64,000 nt of DNA, from assembly GCA_043228905.1 (NCBI GenBank), contig JBHGNT010000022.1, positions 3,782,001 to 3,846,000 on the forward strand, given 5' to 3'. This document shows positions 39,408 through 49,082 of the stretch, piece after piece. The stretch is from Azolla caroliniana (lineage: Eukaryota; Plantae; Polypodiophyta). Within the stretch, counting starts at the first letter, position 1. Each line of letters begins with the position of its first letter. The translations under genes and the position numbers were made by a program. The notes beneath the pieces are model-generated. The model worked only from the letters and a program-made list of their open reading frames with translations. It was not told where the DNA came from and searched no databases.

Positions 39408-41791
39408 TCAGTGCAATATCTTCGTCATAAACCAAATGGTTGACTCTAGATTATATGTAGCAGATCTCGTTTGCCTTTGACTCGAGCCACCTTGTAGACC
39501 TAGTAATTTTTCTTTTATTATATCTATTGATGACTTCCTTAATCGTCCGGCTTTTGTAAGCGTGAAGTCGTACACAATGATATCCACATTAGAGATATCA
39601 AGGGTCGAGGTGTTACGAATGTTTCTCTTCCTCTTCCTACCTCCCCTTGTTGTTGGGCATTCAATCATCTCCAATGTATACTTACATGTAAAAGCATTTG
39701 CACTTCTAGTGTTGTACCAATGAACGTTTATAGACTTGATCGTGTTTTCTATTTCATGCATTAGCACTTCTAGAATTTTACCAACCCAAAATTGGTGGCC
39801 ATGTAAGTTCTCATCAGCCGGCGTTGCAATCAACATCCCCGCCATGAGCCCTTGCAAATTGCCTTGCCATCTAGCTTCGGCTGCTTTGGTCATCCTTGGT
39901 CCCACATAAATGTCTCTTTGTTGTGGATGGACCAAACTGTCATTAATTGCATTTGCTGGTTGCTCCAGAGTTTTATTTACACGATCATGTTGTAGCAACC
40001 ATGTGAATGACGTTTCCAAATTCCAATTATCACCAAATACACAATTGTCTATAATTCCTTTCTGATCACTATAGAATACATCCCACCATGATGTGTCTTG
40101 TTGTGCGGCATATTTCTTGGCAGCCTCAATATGATTTCTTTTTTCTTCTAAGGCTTGGAGCCATAACCGTTTTTGTTCCGATACCAAGTCACTATGCAAC
40201 TGTCATTTCTTCTCAATTGGCATTTGCTTAGCTCCATGGACAATTGTACTCAGCATACAAAGTAATAACTGGCAACCACCTTCAGGTTCCCATGTTGTAG
40301 AAGATGAATATTGTTTAGCATACAAAAGCGTAGAACCACTTATTTCATTTTTCTTTATCATAAAAATGTGATTGAAGCTTATATTGTTTAACTGGGCGAG
40401 CACTTTAACATTCCCAACACCCCCATCTGATATATATCTCTTAAAGTCATATACCTCCTTCAAGTGTAACACTTTTGGGCGTGGTGCATATGCATCATAA
40501 ATGACATCAAATAGTTTAGGTAATGTGAAAGCACCATGCCGGGATAACTGTCTGGAGAATGTGCTAAACATCTGATCTATATGATCATGTGTGTGGCCAA
40601 CCAAAAGAAAATTGACTTTCACTTTTCTAAACAATCCTTGGTTGACCAACATACTTAGATAGCCAAACATAGTTGAATTTTTGTTCTCTCTAGTAGTATT
40701 GTCCAATTGAATGTATAGAACAGGGGGGAAAGGTTGGCCCCAAGACATCAAAACTCGGTGAATCATTGTAATTGTTAGGTTAGGGTCATTGTGAACATTG
40801 GGGTATGTAATGAAGACGTGAGGTCCAACTGACCTATTATAAGCCAAGCATCCCACCAAGTGCATTTGAACAAGGCACTCATCATTGACGTCTTTGGGGA
40901 GCCTCCGCATATGCAGCAAGCATGTCTTCTTCTTGTCCATGTCATCTATCATTAAGCACATGTATTGTTCAGGCCTCTTCAAACACTTCTCTCTATGATG
41001 CATCGCCTTCTTTCGTTCTAACGATTGTGCCTCACGATGCTCTTGTAGTAACTTCTTACTCATATCCTTTTCCATTGATGTCTTTGCACCTTTAACCAAA
41101 CTTTTAAGATTTGCACAAATGGAGCAATACCCCATGCGTACTTTACGTGGAATGATAACATTTGAAAACCGAGCTCTCCATAATCTTGTGAATTGTCTAT
41201 ATGTGACAGACTTATTACATGAGCTCACCATATCAGATCGATAGACATCATAAACTTCCCGACGTGTGTAATTATCAGAGAGGTGCATCCTACCTGTAGT
41301 GGGCATTACTTCACAATTTAATTGAAAGTAACTTTTCATCCAACCAATAGCATGTCTTCCAATTGCACCTTTCATACTTGGAACCTCTTTACAATTGAGC
41401 ATCTGATCCCCGCTAAGTAGACGTTGTTGTACTCTATGTAGCCGCATGTTACTAACACATAACGCAATTTTGAATGCAACTCTACATATCTGTTGCGATG
41501 GAAGATATAATACTCGAATGATACTTTGATCCCCGTACATTTGTCAAACACTAGTTGCATATGTGACCCAAGGTAAGTGTCTTGCTCATCACCAGTCATC
41601 GAAAAATAGTATCGCCTTAATTCTCACAACTTTGATTTTCCAATCATAGACATACAACCACGGGCACAACATATTTTTTTGACATCAAATCCAATCTGTT
41701 TATCTGATGTCACCATGTTAAATCTAGCCAAACGAATTCTTCGTGGGATTCTTCTAATATGCATAGGGCTTCCAGATTTCTCTTCCTGCAT
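39408..41791 (-). pseudogene. Sola1-like DDD transposase (~790 aa reconstructed)
   Basis: N-terminal CCARGC and CSIC. Catalytic-type motifs MIDDMD, LYIQLDNTTRENKN and FLLVGHTHDHIDQMFS. ORFs 41540-40203 and 40199-39408 are in frame across one TGA; one frameshift lies near 41510. Confidence 0.75.
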
Positions 41792-41805
41792 AGAAGACCA
41801 CTAAA

Positions 41806-43730
41806 ATGTCAGACTCCAACTCATCAAGCTCAAACGAAGATGAGGACACTAAGGGGACGCTAGGGGCTGAGCTGGCATTGGGTGTGTTGTCATTCGAGCA
41901 GAATAAGATAAGGAGAGAGTTAATGCAGCGTAAACTGGTTAGGAAAGGGCAAGTGTTTAATTTGCCTATAACACACATCCATCGACCCCCTATTGATGAA
42001 AAAATAGGACAAAGACCACTTGAGATTAGAGAGTCACACCAAATGCATGTTCAAAATCTCAAGAAAAAAATGAAAATTAATCCACATGCTACCATTGTGC
42101 CTTTTATTGTTATGGTGGATCCTGAAGAATGTGAAACCATTGAAGATTTCGATATAAGAAAGCATGATCAATATAATTACTTTGTCATTGGTGGATCGCA
42201 TTCGGCAGAGGCACGTTGGCAACTTGTGAGAGAACATCCAACGACTTTCTCCTTCAAGTATGCCGAGTGCAAAATTTATGTGGGTCTCACATCTGAGGAG
42301 GCAAAGTTGTTGACATGGGACCACAATAACGATAATGACTATAGGCAGAAAATGGCATCGATTGAGCGTATAAGGTTCTTCCACCATGAGTATTTGGACA
42401 TCAAACAAAAGTTTAGTGTGAAGCTACATCCAGGCCTACAACGTCAATGCTTGCATGAAGTCGGCATTGTGGTAGATGATAATGTTAAGTCCAATGGTCT
42501 TCGAAAATATGAGTCTTGGTTTCAACTGGCATTTAGAGATGGAGAAGTATGGGACCTACAAGATCAAATCTTCTCAATGTGGGAAAATAAGGAGGTCAAG
42601 GGTCAACGACAAAAGAAATGTAAGGTAGACCCTCAACTAGAATTAAAGTCACAAGCGGCCAAGAAAATTGATTTGACAATTGAAGAAGCGGTTGATGACA
42701 TGAAGTTGTCTCTGTGGAGAGCGATGCAAGGTATTAAGGACGAGCAGCTTCTTGTGTCTGTTTTGTCAAGGGTTGTGGCCAAAGATTTAAGCCTTGAAGA
42801 AATGGTCATTGAGTTCAATAAGTAAGTCTTTCAAATAGTGATATTGAAGTCAATATGGTGCAATTGAAAGTTCTAATCTCGTTTTCTAATTTCACAATCA
42901 TCAGGTGTACATGAAGATCCAAGAAGTTATGATGAAACAACTTGGATGTATAACTTGGGAACAAGTGACAGAGGATTATCCTCTAACGTCTTCATATAAG
43001 GCGTTATCGGAGTATTTTATTGCATTCAAGGATTGCGTTAGTATTGGTTGCTTTTCATTAAGCTTTCATCATATGTAGAGCTTGTATAATAAAACTTGAT
43101 GTCCTATTGCTTCTATTAGAAACCGTGTCGTGGCAAGAAATAAGGAGAAGTTAAGGATATACACGATTTCCCGACATCCTTCCTTGCACATCTCGAGAGA
43201 GCTAGAAAAGAAAAGGATCGGCGCTTAATCAAGGCGTATGAAATGGAGGAAGATGGCTCCTTCAAAAAAATTAGCCACAAAAAAGATATTACGAGAGATC
43301 TTTACTACAATGTGGTTTGCGTGGATGTCATTGACATGATCCCAAAAAGTGCCAAAGAAGGAATATATGCTAATGATTGCAGATATTCCTTACGGATTTT
43401 GAATGGCAGGGTCATCATACGACAATGAACCTTTTAGGTTTAAACAGTTGGAGAAGATGGTCAAGGATTTTGCTGAGCTAACGACTGCATCCTTGTGGAG
43501 AATAGTTGTCTTTCATAGTATGAACCAAGGGTACTCGGTAGCTCAAGCTTTGAGATCTCGTTGCCATGGCATCGAGAACCTTGCATGGTAAGGATTATTT
43601 ATAGGTCTCATTCACTATATTGCCCTTCTTAAGATTGTTCAATCTATTCTTAACTCGATGTAATATTTGTTATAGGATAAAAACCAATGTAAATAGAGGT
43701 CCAACCTTTCGGTTTGTTAATGCCATTGAA
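41806..43730 (+). pseudogene. Intron-containing ParB/Srx-like plus beta-class N6A/N4C DNA methyltransferase fusion, 3'-truncated
   Basis: Exons ~41806-42821, ~42898-43036, 43120-43587 and 43676-43730. ParB-like PFIVMV...YFVIGGSHSAEA. After removing one A from the run at 43344-43348 the frame reads CVDVIDMIPKVPKKEYMLMIADIPYG...WRIVVF...LAWIKTN...RFVNAIE. Confidence 0.7.
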
Positions 43731-43782
43731 GTAAGAAACAAAGAATCAAGGAGCATTCTAATGAAGTGGGAGGTTCAAATCT

Positions 43783-46700
43783 ACTGAGTTCAGACTTAGC
43801 CGGTAACCTCTGCATTTCTCCAGGCATAATTGGAGATGGTTAAGATGTTCTCCTTTCCTGATGTACACCGCAAAGTCATCCAAGAACACCTGCATAAATG
43901 TTAAGATAAATTCCCCGAAAATTTTCATGATGATTCGTTGGATTGTTGCCGGTGTCGTCTTCAATCCGAACATCATCACGACCACTACAAAGACTCCCCA
44001 TTTGGTGACGAATGTTGTTTTCTCTTGATCGTCCGAGTGCATCCTGATTTGGTTATACCCGTTGAATCCGTCGAGGAAGCTATACACCTCGTGGCCTACT
44101 ACCGCATCCAAGACTCCATCCATGAAAGGGAGCGGAAATGCATCGGTGATAGTGGCAACATTCAATTTCCGGTAATCCACACAGACCCGGATCTTTCCAT
44201 TCTTCTTCGGTCCCACCACAATCGGGCTTAGCCAGGTGGCTTTCTTCACCGGCCCAATGAACCCAACCCTCAACAACTTGTCGATCTCCTCTTTTACTTT
44301 AGCCGCGTATTTCGGATTCATCCGGTAACGTCTCTGCACTACCAGAGTCACATCCTTGCTTAAATGAATCTGGTGCTGATATAATTGTGGGTCCAATCCC
44401 CGCATGTCTTCATATGACCACGCAAATATGTCCCGGGATTCTTTCAATAATGTGACCATTGCCGATTTCTCCTCCGGTGGCATTTCTTTGGCCACATGCA
44501 CCGGTCTTGTTTTTTTGTCAATTCCCAAATTCACTTCTTCCAAATGTGATGCTTTCACCCATTGTGATACCGCCATCTCCCGCTCTAGGGCCTCTTGTGC
44601 TTGTTGCAATTCCCAGATCGCGTCCCTGTCTAGCTCCTCACCGACATCCTCCGGTTGCACAATATATGGGGAGACCGCCTCTACAACGTCCACTTCGAAT
44701 AGAGGGACTATCCTTGGGTTTTCATCAAGGTAGCGATCTACCTCCTCATCGGCAAGCCCTTCCAACATGTTCACGCTTTCGGCATATAACAGTGTTACTT
44801 CCTTGCTTGGACCCGCTTGAGTGTTATTGCTAGGGCCGGACAACAGCCTAACACAGGGTGTCCACTTAAGACACGTCACCAAAGGGTGGTACGGCAGAAT
44901 GACTTACGGCACAACACTTAATTAGACCTTAATCGATTACTTAGCCATCCGTAATTAACACGCGTAAGATATAACAATGAATACAGAACGGTAATCAACA
45001 CTGGAAGATTAAGACAATAAGCTTTATTAATTATCCGCTCCTGATTACATTGTAACCGGGCCTTTATATAGGTCTCCGGTGCGAAATACAAAACGGTGCC
45101 AACCGGCACCTTTACGGGATCATTCCGGATCCGGATCAGCATACAGATTCTAGTCCGTCCGTCCACATCTTCTTATATAATAATATATATATTAAGACTA
45201 CTAATTACAACAGTTCCCGAATAACTATTCCTTTTACACTCTGGTTTGGACCTCCTTAAGCCTTCTTGTCGGTTAGTAACATTGAGGGTGCATGGGTACT
45301 CTTACCTTAGTTTTCCCCCTTCGAAACGTAATGTTCTTCTTCTGCCAGTTCTGTTTGATGTGGGTGGTCTGTAACCATGGTCGTCCCAGCAACAATGGAT
45401 ATGTCTCCCTGCACGTTCAGCTGGAGTACGATGGCAGAAATCCGGAAAGCATGGCCTCCGATTGTCACCTCCAAATCCCAGATCAATCCGGCCGGTCTTA
45501 CTGAGCTGGTGTCCGCCATCCGGAGCCAGAACGGGCATGGTTCCCATTCTTGGATTCCAAGCGTGTTGCATGTTCAGAGGCTTATTACGTTTACTCCCGA
45601 TCCGCCATCGACGATCGTCCCTGGTACTTTCTGTCCTTTGATAATGGTGGTGATTGCGGGACTGCTAGTATCCACCACTATCGGCCCTTCCTCCGGATTT
45701 GAAAAGAACGCCGGAGCCGGTGTGGTACTTGGTGGGGCCAATGCCGATTTTAAACCATCGGTGAATCGGGGCACCAATTGCAGTAACTGACCCAGTGGTA
45801 GCATGATCTGGCATTCCTGTAATACCTACCATGTGGGGTTCTCCTACTGCATCGTCTCTGTAGGTTCCTCCAATGCATTCCTTTGCTCCTTCAGTTTGGT
45901 GACATTCCGTTCATTTGCCTTTTCGATCCATTCCATAGCTTGTTTGCGGATAGTTTCCTGAGCCTCGCATTCGGCCATCTTTCCCTTCGATCTAGTGGTG
46001 ACTTGTTGGATGTCCGCCACTTCCGCGACCACCATGTTGACTGCCGGTCATTCTTCGTTACTCTTTACCGGACATTGGTTGATGTAGTGTCCCTCCTAGC
46101 GGCAATAGTAGCAATACACCTTCCGTGTATTGCTAGACTCTGCTTTTTGCATGGTACCCGGTTGAAATCCAGATACTTCCCGGCTAGGCTCCTCTACTCT
46201 TCTTTGTTCCGTTTGACGCTAGTTATGCTTCTATCTGGCCCTCGTTGGTAATCCTTTGCCAGCTCCTGATGATCCTCTTTCCGAGCCTTCTGTTTTTTAT
46301 TATAGCGTCGATTGTTCCGGTATCCTTGCCGGCGCCGATCTTCATAGTTTCCCCGTTGATCCTCTCTTCTCCAATTATAGCCAGGGGAGTAATCTCGATC
46401 ATAACAATCATCGTTATAGTCGCGGCTTCTCTCGCTCCAGTCCCGATCATAATCATCCCGTCGATCATTGTATCAGACGTCTTGTACCGGTCGGTAGCGA
46501 TCGTCTCGCCGAAATCGTTCTTCTTTGTCTTCTTGGTCGTTCCGAGTCTCAATGTGCTAGACTGGTGCAGCTTGCCGATTCAGCAAGTTGTACTCGCAAC
46601 GGTCCATTGTGTGTGACCGGGAATGGCATAGCATGCACTACAATCTCATCGTGCACTCTATTGTTGAGTGCCCGGGGTTAAGGCACGCCGTGCATTCGAC

Positions 46701-48349
46701 CACCAGGCGAAAGCGTAGGTCCTCTTCGGTAGGGAGTGTTCTTTGGAGTGCTCCCATCGTCAAGCACGAACTAGTTTTGTCCATTTCCATGACCCGGTCA
46801 ATGACCTGGCCTATTGTGCTAGTCCGAAAATCTATGACCGCACACACGGTTCGGAGAGGTTCCCGGAGCATTGCCAAAAATACCACTTTCGCTTCTTCTT
46901 CTAGCGATGCTCTAGTGAGTTGACTATGCATCGTCTGGAACTGGATAACGAACTGTTGAATGGTTTTTGACGGGTCCTGTCGTGTCGTATAAAATTGGCC
47001 GACAATCTCTCTTTGATCCACCTATCTGTGGAAGAAGCGTAGAAATCTAGTCTTTAAATCTTCAAACATGGCGATACTATCGGGGAGGTGCTTGGAGTGC
47101 CAACGTGCCACGGGTCCCTCCAAAGTCATGCCGAATTCCGCAATTTTTTATCGTTCTGCCTCTACTTCGTTCAGTCTTTGGGAGACATGATTCGCCTCCC
47201 AAGTTTGGAGAAATGTGTATACATGGGCTTCTGCGTCCGGGTCACATCTCGATACCTTGGATATTGGTAAAGCATTGTGTCATCGTCTTCGTGTGTTGTC
47301 GGGGCCGGTGTTGGAACTCGCTCCTCCTGTTCCGTCGGTGACTCGAGCTGTGGTATCGGAACTCACTCCTCCTCTTGGTGGTCTGTGCCGGTCATTTTGT
47401 TTGGAGCTTCCGGTTTTGTTGTTTCCGGCTCTGGTTTTGTTATTTTTGGCTCCGGTTTTGTTGTTTCCGACTCCGGTGTCAGTATGTGGTCCGACTCGTC
47501 GTCTTCCGGGTCGTCTGGTGTATTGTGGCTACTACGATAATTCGATTGGACACTATGTTCGTCGTTTGAATCTGATTCGATGGCAGAGAACGCTTAAGAA
47601 CCGTCATCTCTTACGGCAAGTGTCTGCAGAATGGACTCCGCTTTCTACGGACTGCTCAGACTACTTCCTTCGCCCGGGTGGTGGTTTTGTTGCAATCGGA
47701 GTGACTCCTCCGCGACCCGTCGAATCACTCTAGAAAAAGACCGATTTGACCAGATCTCCTCCGCCGCCTATTGGTAAGCCTCCCGCTTCCGCAATCCCTT
47801 GGCGAGTCTTCTCGCCTGCTCGGCCATTGGGTCATTTGTCAGTCTATTCATTTATTCCCCCGTTGTTCACTGCACTTTTTTTGCAGGAATCGTGGTCGCC
47901 AAAATTGCGTTGTTAATCCAGGGCTGGACAAGCCACTAACACAGGGTGTCCCTCTAGAACACTTCACTAAAGGGGTGGTACGGTAAGGAATGTGTAGACC
48001 GTAATACAAAACTGATCCTTCCCAGTTACTATCCAGAATGATTAACTTGATACACACGTATGATAATCACATTAAGCACAAAACGGCATTAACAAGATAA
48101 ACAATACGTAAAGCCACAACACTTCTCTATTAATTATCTATTGTTAATTACATCATCTCTAGATCCTTTTACAGGTATCCGGTTGTGTTACAAACCAATG
48201 CCAACCGGCAACTGGCTACGAACCAGTCCATATACGGATCGGCATAGCGATTCCGAGTCCATCCGTCCGATCTTATAATTATCATAATTTATCTAATTAC
48301 AACTCCCAAAACCGGCTCCCCGTTCATACTCAGGCCTAACCGGCCAACA
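43783..48349 (-). mobile_element. Gypsy-E, older 3'-truncated relative of Gypsy-B
   Basis: 5' LTR 47911-48349 and the same TGGCGACCAC PBS. gag, PR (IVDGGSGVN) and RT are colinear with Gypsy-B. Sequence breaks off after RLSLN. Confidence 0.9.
44822..45281 (-). mobile_element. Solo LTR of the Gypsy-B family inserted in Gypsy-E pol
   Basis: TG...CA ends and TSD TTGAG. Shares TAGGGCCGGACAA...CCTAACACAGGGTGTC with the Gypsy-B LTRs. Confidence 0.93.
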
Positions 48350-48880
48350 TCTCTTGCTCCTTTCGAATATTGGTTTGCTACATTGGTCTATCGGTAAACC
48401 AAACAACTTAATCTCATTGATGACCACCATTCTCACTATATGTATTAATAAGAAAAGGTTCTCAATGAAAGTAATCAATCTAATATAGATTACAATAAGA
48501 AATGGTAGCCTAATGTTACCAAATGGGACCTGCAAGCGTAATAATCAACACTCATATTAGTAATTTCATAGTGAAGGGAAAGTATCATTTTCGATATGAA
48601 AACACAATAATATTACAGAAAGATGATTATGAATCATTCTTACAAGGAATAAGAACGTGAGCTTGAATAGAACAAGGAATCACAATTTCATAATTCCATG
48701 AGAAAACCATGAACAAGAAAACCATCACTTCATAAACAAGAAAACCATGATTTCATATATTCCAACGATGAGATGGACGAAGAAGAAAGACGAACATTAA
48801 ATAAATCTACATGAGAAAATGTGAAGAAAGATGAGATGAGGAAGACACTCCCCTATCATTACATGCTTACAATTCATGGA

Positions 48881-49082
48881 AATCCAAGATAGGAGGACTA
48901 GTGTTGGAAGAAGCATAACCAAATTTGAGGTAGGAGGATTCGTGTTGGAAGACGCCTCCAATATGAGATAGATGGACTCGTATTGGAAGAAACTTCAAAT
49001 TTGAAGTAAGAGGATTAGTGTCTAAAGAAACTTCAAATTTGAGATAGGAAGATGGGTATTGGCAAACCCTTCATATTTGAGT
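48881..49082. repeat. Degenerate 38-bp tandem repeat, about 5 copies
   Basis: AATTTGAG-like unit starts at 48922, 48960, 48998, 49036 and 49074, with a longer first unit from 48881. Confidence 0.8.

Larger units (their letters stand above)
38974..43782. mobile_element. Truncated Sola1-like DNA transposon carrying a divergent ParB-like/amino-methyltransferase gene
   Basis: AT-rich block between Copia-3 and Gypsy-E with two head-to-head genes. Left junction is inferred at CTAA|CACGTTCGCG. The right end is lost. Confidence 0.65.

Noticed and set aside
43243-43591. Two small independent ORFs (61 aa and 62 aa)
   Set aside because: Better explained as pieces of one frameshifted exon of the methyltransferase gene.
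41806-43730. Bacterial contamination as the source of the ParB-MTase gene
   Set aside because: It has spliceosomal-type introns and is embedded between plant retrotransposons.
48350-48700. Missing FxGxG half of the methyltransferase beyond Gypsy-E
   Set aside because: No such motif was seen on the plus strand; it was probably deleted with the 3' half of Gypsy-E.
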